Source: a virus
Taxonomy: Duplodnaviria > Caudoviricetes
Reading direction: 5' to 3' (one strand)
Length of the DNA: 35,631 nt
IMG/VR virus record: IMGVR_UViG_3300046786_000269
Span: 1-35,631 of that record
Part shown: positions 6,672 to 16,879 of the stretch, piece after piece
Position numbering within the stretch: the stretch's first letter is position 1
Layout: each line of letters begins with the position of its first letter
Program-made: the position numbers and the translations under genes
The notes under the pieces: model-generated
Database searches by the model: none
What the model was told of the DNA's origin: nothing
Seen by the model: the letters and a program-made list of their open reading frames with translations, nothing else

Positions 6672-6843
6672 ACAGGCGATGGAAAAGTTTTATGGCAAAA
6701 AAGAGGGCGATGCCGTGTTTTATGCGTCAGAAAACAAAGGAAACATTAGCGGAGTTACGAAGAAGAAAAAGAAGCATGTAGAAAGCAAGGAGAAATATCC
6801 AGGCGAAAAAACAGAAACTCGCAAAGAAGAGGAGATGGAGTAA
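6640..6843 (+). CDS. Small basic phage protein (MPLTKKGAKIRQAMEKFYG...; start reassigned to 6640)
   Basis: RBS aaggaga; Lys-rich. Confidence 0.75.
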   Translation: MPLTKKGAKIRQAMEKFYGKKEGDAVFYASENKGNISGVTKKKKKHVESKEKYPGEKTETRKEEEME

Positions 6844-6844
6844 C

Positions 6845-7162
6845 TTGGTTAACTCACGTTGCAAGGGCGCAGTAGGAGAACGGGAGCTGGCGGCTAAACT
6901 CAAGGAACATGGGTTTAGCGCCAGACGTACCCAACAATTTTGTGGGGCCAACGGAGATTCTGACGTAGTTTGCACAGAATTAGCTGATTATCACATCGAA
7001 TGTAAGCGTGTTGAACGGTTAAACATTGACCAAGCGATGGACCAATCTTTGCGAGATTGCAAAGACAAAACACCCATTGTATGTCACCGGCGCAATCACA
7101 AGCCGTGGTTAGTCACGATGTACCTTGAGGACTGGCTACAGCTAGTAAAAGATGAAAGATAG
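6845..7162 (+). CDS. Holliday junction resolvase (PD-(D/E)XK type)
   Basis: SRCKGAVGERE, SDVV, HIECKRVERLNI motifs; TTG start after ggag. Confidence 0.85.
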   Translation: MVNSRCKGAVGERELAAKLKEHGFSARRTQQFCGANGDSDVVCTELADYHIECKRVERLNIDQAMDQSLRDCKDKTPIVCHRRNHKPWLVTMYLEDWLQLVKDER

Positions 7163-7499
7163 GGACTTAACCTTTCTAACTGAGCATGTCGGCCACCAGG
7201 CCACACCGGAGCAGTTGCTATGGTTAGCCGTCATTGACAGGGCGCTCGTAGACTACATAAAGTTTTACGACACTTTACACGCTAAACATCGTCGCTCATT
7301 AGACTGGTTTTTGTTTGAAGAAGATTCAGTACCAAACAACTTAGTCTATATCTGCGAGCAGTTATTTAACGATGTGGACGTTGTAAAAAGTATCCGTAAA
7401 CGTGCCGTTGCTTTGGCAAAAGGATACCTCCCTCAGCAAGAAATTGAGGACTACAAGCGCAAGCGGTACAGCTTGCGAGTCAAAAGCAAATACTACTAA
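7152..7499 (+). CDS. Hypothetical protein (115 aa), possible late regulator
   Basis: Last plus-strand gene; LWLAVIDRALVDY helix; regulatory role is positional inference only. Confidence 0.7.
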   Translation: MKDRDLTFLTEHVGHQATPEQLLWLAVIDRALVDYIKFYDTLHAKHRRSLDWFLFEEDSVPNNLVYICEQLFNDVDVVKSIRKRAVALAKGYLPQQEIEDYKRKRYSLRVKSKYY

Positions 7500-7681
7500 C
7501 GCTTCTTCTTCTTGTCGATTACTGACCAAGCTTGAGAAACGCCGTACAACACAGCGCCAGCTACTACAGGCTCTGCTGCGTGGACAAGGTTTTGAGCGTC
7601 GGACTCCTCAACGCCAATCGTAAGCAAGCCACCAGCCGCTAACGTGAGCAAGTGTCGGACGATGGATAAAAGTATCGGCAT
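7496..7681 (-). CDS. Putative holin (two TM helices, basic C-terminus)
   Basis: SIVRHLLTLAAGGLL...AWSVIDKKKKR; end of late operon. Confidence 0.7.
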   Translation of the reverse strand: MPILLSIVRHLLTLAAGGLLTIGVEESDAQNLVHAAEPVVAGAVLYGVSQAWSVIDKKKKR

Positions 7682-8472
7682 AATATACCTGCTGTTTTAT
7701 CAAAGTTTTTCAAACGGAAACCGCACTCTCTCTTTCGAGGGTCAACAAACGTACCACCAATGCCAGTGTTACAATTCATCCACGGTTCCCAATAGTAGCT
7801 AATAGCACAATGTCTGGAGTTAGCGACCCACCTTTTTACAGGCACCGTCGCACCGTCCAGCCCATCCATGTCCGTTATACACGGCTGAGACTCTGGCACA
7901 CTATAGCCGTGTCGTTCACAAACGAATCCCCTAAGACAACTTTGCCGGTGTGGATTGTCCACAAGAATACACCCAGGCAAAGAAGTAGATACCCTATTAA
8001 GCAAAACTCTTCGTGCTGGTCCATCGAGGTCACACTCCAAACATGGGCTGACGTAGCACTGAATGGGATTCTGCGCTTTAGCCAGTCGTTTTTTAAACCG
8101 TTCTAATACCGCATTAAATCGTCGATTAAGCCTTGAGCCTTGTATGTGGACTGCCTGACTGGCAGAAGCCTTAGAATAGCCGTATAGGACTTCATAGCGA
8201 CCACACCGCCGGTTACGCATACATGGCGAATTGATAAGGTGTACCCGAATCACTTTAGGGTTTGGTAACGCTAAAAGCTTGTCACCGCACGGACATTGAG
8301 CGTTGAACGTATTCTCAAGCCAACCGGTGACTACGGCATCCTGCGCTGCAAGGGTTTGTAATGTCGCTGTGCAATTCCATTCCTTATGACACATCGCTAA
8401 GTAACTAGGCGCTGCGTTTGCTGTCGATGCGTATAAAGATACCAACAGTATCGTTATAAGCAGTCGCATCAT
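7639..8472 (-). CDS. Secreted Cys-rich protein (277 aa) in the lysis cassette
   Basis: Signal peptide MMRLLITILLVSLYASTANA/A; 18 Cys. Confidence 0.8.
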   Translation of the reverse strand: MMRLLITILLVSLYASTANAAPSYLAMCHKEWNCTATLQTLAAQDAVVTGWLENTFNAQCPCGDKLLALPNPKVIRVHLINSPCMRNRRCGRYEVLYGYSKASASQAVHIQGSRLNRRFNAVLERFKKRLAKAQNPIQCYVSPCLECDLDGPARRVLLNRVSTSLPGCILVDNPHRQSCLRGFVCERHGYSVPESQPCITDMDGLDGATVPVKRWVANSRHCAISYYWEPWMNCNTGIGGTFVDPRKRECGFRLKNFDKTAGILCRYFYPSSDTCSR

Positions 8473-8711
8473 TTATCCAGCGCCCTATCTAGTTTCTGCT
8501 CAATGCGCTCTAGGCGCTGCTTAATATGACTAAGCTCTGCCTGAATAACTTGGACTTCCATCGAAACACGATACTTGCTCTCTTCCAACTCATGCAGGGA
8601 GTTTTTAACAGAGCGGTAATCCATGCCAACTATGGATATAACAACTCCAATCAAAGCCTTAACGGCCAGGTCAAGCCAGTAGCGTATTTGAGTAAAATCA
8701 CCGTCTGTCAA
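8469..8711 (-). CDS. Single-TM coiled-coil protein (lysis-associated)
   Basis: LAVKALIGVVISIVG TM plus heptad C-terminus. Confidence 0.7.
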   Translation of the reverse strand: MTDGDFTQIRYWLDLAVKALIGVVISIVGMDYRSVKNSLHELEESKYRVSMEVQVIQAELSHIKQRLERIEQKLDRALDK

Positions 8712-9127
8712 TGTACCCGGCCTCCACCATAAGCATCTATAACAACTAGTTGTGCTTCTGTAGCGCCGCCCATCAGTTCCATGAATTTCTGAAACGCCGA
8801 CCTGCTTGCAAGCACCGCCGTCTCTTTATCGAGCCGTCCGTACTGCAATCCAAGCAAGATGCAACCGTGCGTGTCTTTATGTGTGTTCCCTGCGTGAAAA
8901 AGAATCTGGTCACGCTCAGGCACGTTCATTACCTGATACGTCAATCCAAATTTAGGCGAACGATGTAGCTTAATGGTGTATCGACCAACTGGGATGCAGG
9001 AGATACGCCGCTCGTTATCCCTCCATGCATCCTCTAATGTAAGCATCTCCGGCGAGTCATCAATGCAGAGTACGCCCATGGTAGCGCCGTTATACTCTGT
9101 AACTCTGACAAGCCTTAGCTGCTTCAT
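8708..9127 (-). CDS. DUF5675-like protein (candidate endolysin)
   Basis: TLE..W.DN...SCIPVGRY and ILFHAGNTHKDTHGCILLG. Confidence 0.8.
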   Translation of the reverse strand: MKQLRLVRVTEYNGATMGVLCIDDSPEMLTLEDAWRDNERRISCIPVGRYTIKLHRSPKFGLTYQVMNVPERDQILFHAGNTHKDTHGCILLGLQYGRLDKETAVLASRSAFQKFMELMGGATEAQLVVIDAYGGGRVH

Positions 9128-10497
9128 GCGCCCTCAAGCTCTGCCACTCTTGCTTCAAGCTCTTGAATGGCCTTGAACGCCAAAGCAATCATATTGCTGT
9201 ATTGCAAAGCGTCAGGTTCTCCGTCCTGGTTGTAAACCACAAACTCTGACAATCCTGCTTCGTCTACTTCTTCAGCAATCAATCCGGCAAACTGCTTATC
9301 GCCGTCATTAATTCCTTTGTAGAACACCGGACGCAACGCCTTAACAGCGTCTAATCCTCGTGTGTAGTCTTGGATGTCGGTCTTGTAGCGAACAGACGAC
9401 GTTGAACGTGCCAAGCGATAGCTGGCATCAATAACTAAATTAGCTGCGCTTGCGGTAGTAAAGTTATATGGCGCATTAGTTGCATTGCCCGTAGTAATAA
9501 GGCCATCATCCCGCAAACTTAAAATGTTTACAGCGCCGCTTGTTACTGCGGCAAATGCGGTCCCTGTCGACGCTGCTTGAACAACTAATCGAGCGGACGA
9601 TGCGGTTGTTCCAATGTTTACGTTGCCGCTTGCATCAATACGCATCCTTTCAGTGCCAGTAAGCGTTGTAACATTCGCTCCCGTTATAAAGGATATGGCA
9701 GTCGCTGAATTATAAACACCACTTCCACCACCAACAGCGATGATATTAGCGCCGCTTTCGCCACGAACATCTATGGCTAAGAAATCAGTATTGGCTGTTA
9801 AATACTGTTGTCCATAAACTCGTCCAACCTTAGTGCTAGAATTTACGTTGTCAGCACCAAGTCGTAATGCTCCAGTTACGTCAAGCATGTGAGCTGGAAC
9901 GCTTGTTCCGATTCCCACGTTACCACTGCTTTTAATAATCACCCGCTCCGCAAGAGTGCCCGATGCGTTTGGCGTAGTATAAAAACGCAACGCTCCAGGC
10001 ATGTCATTCACAGCGCCAGGAGTATCATCTACACTTGCAACAATAGCTGCGGCATTTGTAAAAGAAGTTCCATTAGCGCCATTGAAAGCAATAACTCCAA
10101 GCTGGTCGCCATTTTGTACGATGGTATTTGTTGGGACCGCTGCGCCCCGGGACTTTAACAGTGATATAACTGGACCGGCAGCATCATTGCTATATCGTGT
10201 ATTGTTAATCGATAAAGCAGTTCCTTGCGTTGAAATTCCAGCCTGTGCTTGTCCAAGTGTTATTGCATCAGATGATGCTACTGCACTTGCTACGTTAGTT
10301 AGCTTTTTGCCACCCAGATTGAGGTTGCCTGTAGCGGCATTGCTACCGTCTTTATTAAGACATTGGTCGATGCCATTTTTAAAATCATTGTCTTGAGCGT
10401 CATGAAGTCCTGGCTCAATGCCAATGCCATTAGTAGCGTCAACGGTCCACCCATTGTTACCATTTGCTCTTGTAAAATTTCCACCAGACCAAGGCAT
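9124..10497 (-). CDS. Tail fibre with C-terminal peptidase S74 intramolecular chaperone
   Basis: GNVGIGT / ERMRIDASGNVNIGT repeats; SSVRYKTDI cleavage motif; KAIQELEARV coiled coil. Confidence 0.9.
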   Translation of the reverse strand: MPWSGGNFTRANGNNGWTVDATNGIGIEPGLHDAQDNDFKNGIDQCLNKDGSNAATGNLNLGGKKLTNVASAVASSDAITLGQAQAGISTQGTALSINNTRYSNDAAGPVISLLKSRGAAVPTNTIVQNGDQLGVIAFNGANGTSFTNAAAIVASVDDTPGAVNDMPGALRFYTTPNASGTLAERVIIKSSGNVGIGTSVPAHMLDVTGALRLGADNVNSSTKVGRVYGQQYLTANTDFLAIDVRGESGANIIAVGGGSGVYNSATAISFITGANVTTLTGTERMRIDASGNVNIGTTASSARLVVQAASTGTAFAAVTSGAVNILSLRDDGLITTGNATNAPYNFTTASAANLVIDASYRLARSTSSVRYKTDIQDYTRGLDAVKALRPVFYKGINDGDKQFAGLIAEEVDEAGLSEFVVYNQDGEPDALQYSNMIALAFKAIQELEARVAELEGA

Positions 10498-10507
10498 ACG
10501 AATCTCC

Positions 10508-13456
10508 CTATACTAATTTCAAAACTTTATCGACGTATTCTCTAGTCTCTTTTGGAACCTTAACAAACTGCTTAATGTTGTCCCAACTTGGCGTTTTACC
10601 TTCTGCTTTTACTTTGGCTATTGCGCTTTTTATATTAGCTGGCCCCCAGTTGTAAGCTGCCAATGCAAGACGCTCATCGCCGAAAGTATCAAGCTGCTTG
10701 CGAAGATAGCGGCTACCTCCCTCTACGTTTTGTTCTGGGTCTGTAGCATCCACCCCGAGGTCTTTAGCCGTGCCAGCCATAAGTTGCATAAGGCCACGAG
10801 CGCCTTTGTTGCTGATGGCATCCTTGTTGCCAGCAGACTCAACCTGTATCACCGCCTTAACTAAGCTGGTTGGGGCATACTGATCGCCCTGCGGAAGGCT
10901 TACGTTTTGTTTGCCAACCTTAACCTGGCTTGCGGGATTGAGCGTTTTCTCAAGCTCTAAAATGCGTTGCTCAAGAAGCATGTTCTCTGCTTCAATGTCA
11001 TCCTGCGGCGCACTAGGTGTAGTTGTTGTTTCCATGTCTGGAGTATCAACAACATTTTCTGTTTGGCTTTTACCGCCAAAGTATCCAAGCTGTACGCCAA
11101 ACTTCATTAGTGCATCTATGTTTGATTTTGTCGGCGGCGCTGATGCCAGCTTAATCAGCTTTGGATTTGCCAATAGCTCTGCTTCAAAAGCATTCATAGC
11201 AGAATTGCGAGCTTCGCCAATTTGCTTGACCCAGTTACCAACGCTGTAACCAACCAAGGCTCCTGTCATGGTGCCAGAACCAGCAAGTGTTCCAGCCAAC
11301 GCTCCTTTACGCATGGCATTGATTACGCCACGAGCCCCAGTGACAGCGCCTAGTGCTGTCTGTCTTATGCTAGTAAGGGAGTTGCCTGATGCGGCTTGCT
11401 TCTCTAGCGCCGCTGGACTCTTAGAAATCTCAAGGTCTTTAAGCACCTTCTCAAGTTCTGGCAGGTCATCCTGAAATAACTTCTTAGCAATCGCTTTGTT
11501 GTTTGTAAGATTCTCAAGCGGAGTGCCTCTCTTCATCAGCTTTTCACTAATGAACTTAGCTCGTCCCATCTGCAAGACTGGCGAATCAGCAAACTGCCGT
11601 GCAAACTTCTCTGCGCTGCGCTCGTTGGCAAATATCTTGTTTGGAATGGCAGAGTCACCAATGCGAAGGTATTCTTCCATTGGCGACTTTTGACCGGCCT
11701 TCTGTGCAAAGGCTTCAATATCTTTGTACTTGTCTTTAAACGCTGCTTGGAATGTGGCCTTCTCTTTACCAATAAACTCAGTAGGATTAGAAGCCTTAGT
11801 CAATCGTGCTAATAGTTCAGTACGAAGCTCGGTCATCTCGTTAGAGTCAAAGCCAAACTTGTCAGCTATTTCAGTGACGTTCTCAGGCTTTTCAAGAGCC
11901 TTATTCATTACACGGCTGGTTTGTACCTTTGGCTTAAACTGCCGTATAGCTGTCAGATCGCCAACCACGCCTTGAGAAAAGGTCTGCTTTGCTTCACGAG
12001 TCTTTTCAATGGCAGTACTGAGTTTTGTTAATGATTCTAGGTCTGGCTTAGTTGAAGCAGTACCAGGAAGTCCTCCAAGGGCACCGGCCTCTGGATCATA
12101 GAAATACTTGAGTCCAGCTTGGTCGATGCTCTCTCGCAGTTGCCGCATCAGGCTCGCTTCTGCGTTGTTTACGCCACTAGCATCAGCCATAGCACGACCG
12201 GCGGCGGCACGAATATCTTGCAGTTCTCCTACAGTTACGACTCCTGCCTTTCGTTGTGCAATGTCGTATACTTCGTTCATTACTCGTTGAGCTTTTGAAC
12301 TTGTCTCTGCCTTTGTTAGTTTGCCAAACGATTCAAACGTATCGATGGCCTCAGCAAATGGAACCGAAGCGTCAATCTTTGTTTTCTTTGGTACTTGCTG
12401 CCAAACCTTATCGACTGCATCTTCAACCACATCTTTACGTCCCATCAGGGATTCTTGAAGTGATTGCCCACGGTCCATTGTGGTTTGCGCTCTAGCATCT
12501 TCGCCAAAGCCAAGAGCGTTAAGAATAGAAGATTGCTGCGCTTCCTTCTGTGCGGCTGCTACCTGTGCTGCATCTTGCAACATCAGCGACATTTCACCTT
12601 GCTGTGGAGTAATGCCAAAACGCTCTAGTGCTGCTGTAAGCTCTGATTTACGAGCGTCTAATGCTGGCTGTAAGATGTTGCCGCCTTCTGGCGTATTAAG
12701 GAAACTCTGTTGATACTTAGCTGCACTAGGTGTCTGAGCTATTTCTGCTGCTGTAAGCGGCACACCACCAGCACCAACTCCAAGCTCTGGTATTTGCTGC
12801 GCTACTGCCAGCCGCTGTGCGCCCTCTTCGCCAAGTGCTGCAACTACGTTAGTATTTGCTGCGGCTCGTAACGCATCTTCATTGCCTAGTACAATCTTGG
12901 CAGTCGGAGCTAAAGCTGATGCCAATTTTCTAGTACCACTAATAGTACCTTGTACTGCTGTTGGAGCGAGTAAAGCACCAGCCAATCCGCTATATGGTGA
13001 TTCAGGCGCTATTGTTTCTCCAGCTCTAGCTCCAAGGTAGCTGGCTAATCCAAGACCAGCTTCGTTAAGCAATTTACCTTTACCGCCAGGGCCAGGAGTC
13101 ATAAATTCAACTGCTCGTTGAACTTCGGTCTGAGGTCTTACGCCAAGTATTTCTGCGGCTCCAGGCCCTTCCAACGCAGGAGAACCAGCAATCAAAGCAT
13201 CAAGAGCTTTTGTCGCTCCGAAGGTTTCTACTGGAGCGCCAGCATATTCTAAGCCTTTTACGAATGGATACGAGAGAACGTCAGCTAGTCCAGCAACTCC
13301 ACGGGTAATGCCAACTGGCACGTCAAATGCTAATTGCTTTAAACCATATCCACTCGGCTGTGCTGGCTCTGATTGTGGCTGTGCAGAACCAAGAGACGCT
13401 TCAAGTTGCGCTATGCGTTGTTCCAGTAGTGCGTTCTCTTGGTCGAGTGGGTCCAT
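10508..13456 (-). CDS. Large DNA-ejection/internal virion protein with C-terminal SLT domain
   Basis: AVIQVESAG, SNKGARGLMQLM, ALAAYNWG; position between nozzle and tail fibre. Confidence 0.85.
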   Translation of the reverse strand: MDPLDQENALLEQRIAQLEASLGSAQPQSEPAQPSGYGLKQLAFDVPVGITRGVAGLADVLSYPFVKGLEYAGAPVETFGATKALDALIAGSPALEGPGAAEILGVRPQTEVQRAVEFMTPGPGGKGKLLNEAGLGLASYLGARAGETIAPESPYSGLAGALLAPTAVQGTISGTRKLASALAPTAKIVLGNEDALRAAANTNVVAALGEEGAQRLAVAQQIPELGVGAGGVPLTAAEIAQTPSAAKYQQSFLNTPEGGNILQPALDARKSELTAALERFGITPQQGEMSLMLQDAAQVAAAQKEAQQSSILNALGFGEDARAQTTMDRGQSLQESLMGRKDVVEDAVDKVWQQVPKKTKIDASVPFAEAIDTFESFGKLTKAETSSKAQRVMNEVYDIAQRKAGVVTVGELQDIRAAAGRAMADASGVNNAEASLMRQLRESIDQAGLKYFYDPEAGALGGLPGTASTKPDLESLTKLSTAIEKTREAKQTFSQGVVGDLTAIRQFKPKVQTSRVMNKALEKPENVTEIADKFGFDSNEMTELRTELLARLTKASNPTEFIGKEKATFQAAFKDKYKDIEAFAQKAGQKSPMEEYLRIGDSAIPNKIFANERSAEKFARQFADSPVLQMGRAKFISEKLMKRGTPLENLTNNKAIAKKLFQDDLPELEKVLKDLEISKSPAALEKQAASGNSLTSIRQTALGAVTGARGVINAMRKGALAGTLAGSGTMTGALVGYSVGNWVKQIGEARNSAMNAFEAELLANPKLIKLASAPPTKSNIDALMKFGVQLGYFGGKSQTENVVDTPDMETTTTPSAPQDDIEAENMLLEQRILELEKTLNPASQVKVGKQNVSLPQGDQYAPTSLVKAVIQVESAGNKDAISNKGARGLMQLMAGTAKDLGVDATDPEQNVEGGSRYLRKQLDTFGDERLALAAYNWGPANIKSAIAKVKAEGKTPSWDNIKQFVKVPKETREYVDKVLKLV

Positions 13457-14457
13457 TATTTTCTCTGTGCCGCCAATGCTTCAAGTTTAGCCAGTCGCTC
13501 TTTAAGCTCTCGATTCCGTTTTTGAGCATCTGATTCGCCAGGTGCTGTAATCGCTCCAAAGTTAGAAGAAATTGGAGCCATCTTAATCTTTTCACGGATA
13601 CGATTTGCTATCGCAGTTGTACCAGTAACACGGCCAAGTCCTGGTACCTCTGGACCAAACAGCGAATTGAACTGGTCATTTCTGTCAACGTCGCTTATTT
13701 GTGCTGTGTTACCACCAAGTCGAGCAAAGTTAGCCAAGTTCCCTTGAATAAGCGAATAGACTAGTTCTGCTTCTGAACCAGGTATACGTCGCTGAACTTC
13801 AAATTCTGGCGCTGTTAAATTTAATGCCTCAACTCGGTCGGCTATGTTTCCAGCCATTTGAGCATACCGAGCTATCTCCTGATCCTTTTTCTTAACATCT
13901 GGATCAAGTACACCAGTTGGCAATCGCTTAGCTTGTTCAAGAGCAATCAAATCTTCTAGCTTTTGTTGAGCTTGCTTACGACCTAAATCGCTAAGCTCAA
14001 ACTGTGCGCCTTGCTCTAACTCTTTTAGTTTTTCAGCCGTAGTAATTTCAGATAAAGCCTTTCGTTTCAATGCTTCTTGATTTACAAGCTGCTTGGTTAA
14101 TTCTGATTGTGTTTGTAGTTGGGTGTTTAAACCTAATAGCTTGGATTGCATCACGGAATCAGGCGCAGACTGTGCAATTTGCAATCTATCTTCTGGTATA
14201 CTGGCTTGAAGCAACTTTAATCCAAGCTGATTAGCTGCAATAGAATCTTCTGCTGCTTGTCGTCGTGCTTGATATCCAAGCAATCCTTGAAGCAATGCGC
14301 CACCAAGAGCTATGCCAAATGTAGTGCCTGAGCCTTGGTACGGGTTGTACAATGACGGCATACCAGCGCCAATCACTTGTGAACCAAGCGCCCAATTGTT
14401 GTCCATCGGTGAATAATTTAGTCCCGATAGTGCTGAGTATAAATCTTCACCCGCCAT
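13456..14457 (-). CDS. Internal virion/ejection protein (start reassigned to 14457, MAGEDLY)
   Basis: Helical A/Q/L-rich with Gly-rich TM-like segment; synteny. Confidence 0.7.
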   Translation of the reverse strand: MAGEDLYSALSGLNYSPMDNNWALGSQVIGAGMPSLYNPYQGSGTTFGIALGGALLQGLLGYQARRQAAEDSIAANQLGLKLLQASIPEDRLQIAQSAPDSVMQSKLLGLNTQLQTQSELTKQLVNQEALKRKALSEITTAEKLKELEQGAQFELSDLGRKQAQQKLEDLIALEQAKRLPTGVLDPDVKKKDQEIARYAQMAGNIADRVEALNLTAPEFEVQRRIPGSEAELVYSLIQGNLANFARLGGNTAQISDVDRNDQFNSLFGPEVPGLGRVTGTTAIANRIREKIKMAPISSNFGAITAPGESDAQKRNRELKERLAKLEALAAQRK

Positions 14458-14464
14458 AAAACTC

Positions 14465-15337
14465 TTATCCGTATCTGTTAATTTGATCGGTAGCCGCCGC
14501 CTCTTCTGCTGGATTTGTGCCAGGACCACCACGACCACGGCCCTTACGCTGATCCTGCTGCAACTTCATTTGATTCTGGAAGTTCTGTTGATTTAATCGA
14601 GTATCGTATCCAAATTGCGATTCACGCTGTTGGCTTGCATATTGATTACCTAATCCAGCATTAAATGGAGCTGAAATTTGACCAAATTGTTCAAATGGCA
14701 TGTTAGCCAAGCCGGTAGCCTGGTTGTAGAACTGCTGCTGTCGTTGATCCGTAAGTTGCTCAGCAGTCGCCATTGCTTCCTGCTTTGCTCTGTCTTGACG
14801 GTCGTTCATGTTTCGTATCATCGCTTGAGCGGCAGGTGAATTTGGATCAAGTCCTCGCTCCGCTATTTGCTGTTGAACGTCAATTCTTTCATTTGCAAAG
14901 TCTTGTTCATTGCGACGATTAAACTGGTCCATATACGAGCTACGGACACGGTCCATTTGTGCATTATATTCTGGATTATAATTGCTTTGAACTTTGTTTG
15001 GATCAAACTGGTTAAACCGATTGACTATATTTGTGTAAGCTTCGTTACCCTGCTGAAAAGCATTGTTGGTTATCTGCTCGGGAGTAAGAGGCTTATTTTT
15101 GCCTGGCTTTTCCGGTGCAACTGGCTTAGTTGGCTTTGTTGGTTTTGTAATAAATTTGTTTTGATCGGCTGGAACAAATGGTTTGGTTTGACCAGGGATG
15201 ACTTTGCCGTAGTTGTCTACAAGCAGTCCTTCAGGGTTGACCCATTTGCCCTTGTACTTCCAATTGCCCCGCTTTGAGGTCTTAGGAAGAGATGGGTCTT
15301 TCGACATTGCGCCTTTAGTATCTTTATTCTTTGCCAT
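14465..15337 (-). CDS. Internal virion/ejection protein
   Basis: Q/N-rich helical, ERGLDPNS motif; synteny. Confidence 0.7.
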   Translation of the reverse strand: MAKNKDTKGAMSKDPSLPKTSKRGNWKYKGKWVNPEGLLVDNYGKVIPGQTKPFVPADQNKFITKPTKPTKPVAPEKPGKNKPLTPEQITNNAFQQGNEAYTNIVNRFNQFDPNKVQSNYNPEYNAQMDRVRSSYMDQFNRRNEQDFANERIDVQQQIAERGLDPNSPAAQAMIRNMNDRQDRAKQEAMATAEQLTDQRQQQFYNQATGLANMPFEQFGQISAPFNAGLGNQYASQQRESQFGYDTRLNQQNFQNQMKLQQDQRKGRGRGGPGTNPAEEAAATDQINRYG

Positions 15338-15339
15338 AG

Positions 15340-16872
15340 CTACACTTGTCCACCCATATCGTAACGTATTTCAAATCCTAGTATTTGCATGGTCGAGTCT
15401 CTTAGTGAACCACCAAAACGTATGGAGGCCGAATGGCCTTGTCCCTTGGTGGCAAATCGGTCAAAGGTGTATTCAACGCCAGACGACCAAAGTGACCCCC
15501 ACGGCGACCCCCACGGGGTAAATTGAGCCACTGGAGATGCTGTCGAAGTTGTGGCGGTACCTTGCTTAAAGTCAGTATCCAGGCCAAGGTTTAACGACAC
15601 GCCTCGACGGGTTTTCAGCAAAGGTCGAATGTCTTTAAAAGCTTTATAGTTGGAGCGGGACCCATAAAAACTAAAGGCTGTTCTACCGGAGAAGGTAATG
15701 GCAAAGCTATTGGTCCCATCTACAGCATCGGATTGCCCTGTTTCGCCCTGCCAAACAACTCCTGTACTGGAGCCATAAAAAGGAAGCTTATTAAAAACAC
15801 ATCCTGATAGAGCATGCTCATCGCTTGCTAATTGGAATGTAGTCCAGCCTTTTGTGTCGATAGCATAGACAAGAAACCGTCCACCACTACCAGACGTTGG
15901 GATATGAATATATACCCGTCTGCCTTGAGGCCAAAAGAATCCGGTCCATTGATGATCGAATGGAAACAGCGCCGAATTATCTGAAATGAGCGGATTAATC
16001 CGATAACCTACTGAATTAAGTGCCTGTTCAGGGTCAGCTTGAAACAAGCCAGACAAAGGAACGATTCCCTGTTCAGTAATAAACCAAACGTCATTGTTTA
16101 CTCGGACATACGACCGATAGCCAAGTGGCCGGCCGATAACATATCGAGCTACTAAGCCCCAGGAAGTGGCATCTCCAGCATAGGTTCCATTGTAAAAAAC
16201 TATTTCGCCTTCGCTACTGATACCCCAAAAATAGTCTTGGCTGGTTGTGCTAGTTGTCGTGCTGAAGCTGCCTACAGCTAATAAGAAACCGCCACGGGTA
16301 AAGACATAACTTAAATCAAAAGCGGTTAAAGCTGGCGTTCCACCAGTACCAGTAACCTGCAAGCCACCATACCAAAACTTACAGCTATTCTCTTCGACAA
16401 AATACAGCCGCTCTTTATGAGCATGGACGTTAATCAATGCCGCTTTAGAAATGCCTGTAAATGTTACATCAGCAAATGTAGCAGAACTGCCATCCCATAC
16501 CTGTGCGTTATCGGTGCCGTTACACAAGTAAATGCGATTGTTATAAATGACGGACTGCCATTCACCACTAGTAGGAATTGTAGTCCCAGTCCTATCTGTA
16601 GCAACACCACCGCTTACGGAATATAGCTTTGTATTAGTGGCTACAATCAATACGCTACTACCATCCGCTTTATAGAGCGGAGCCATAAACGTGATGGGGT
16701 CTGTAATACCTATGTCAGCATATTTTTGATAGCCAAGGCGAACTGTTGGAGCATTGTTGCCAGGGAATACGTTAATTAGCTCCAAGGCATACTGAGGCTC
16801 CATATTGTCAATTGGACTTACTAAATCCAATCCCCCATACGGTGGCGATGTTGTAAAACCTTGGAACGCCAT
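15340..16872 (-). CDS. Tail nozzle / packaged-DNA stabilisation protein (P22 gp10-like)
   Basis: PPYGGL N-terminus, beta-rich 510 aa; podovirus synteny. Confidence 0.75.
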   Translation of the reverse strand: MAFQGFTTSPPYGGLDLVSPIDNMEPQYALELINVFPGNNAPTVRLGYQKYADIGITDPITFMAPLYKADGSSVLIVATNTKLYSVSGGVATDRTGTTIPTSGEWQSVIYNNRIYLCNGTDNAQVWDGSSATFADVTFTGISKAALINVHAHKERLYFVEENSCKFWYGGLQVTGTGGTPALTAFDLSYVFTRGGFLLAVGSFSTTTSTTSQDYFWGISSEGEIVFYNGTYAGDATSWGLVARYVIGRPLGYRSYVRVNNDVWFITEQGIVPLSGLFQADPEQALNSVGYRINPLISDNSALFPFDHQWTGFFWPQGRRVYIHIPTSGSGGRFLVYAIDTKGWTTFQLASDEHALSGCVFNKLPFYGSSTGVVWQGETGQSDAVDGTNSFAITFSGRTAFSFYGSRSNYKAFKDIRPLLKTRRGVSLNLGLDTDFKQGTATTSTASPVAQFTPWGSPWGSLWSSGVEYTFDRFATKGQGHSASIRFGGSLRDSTMQILGFEIRYDMGGQV

Positions 16873-16879
16873 TTAACTC

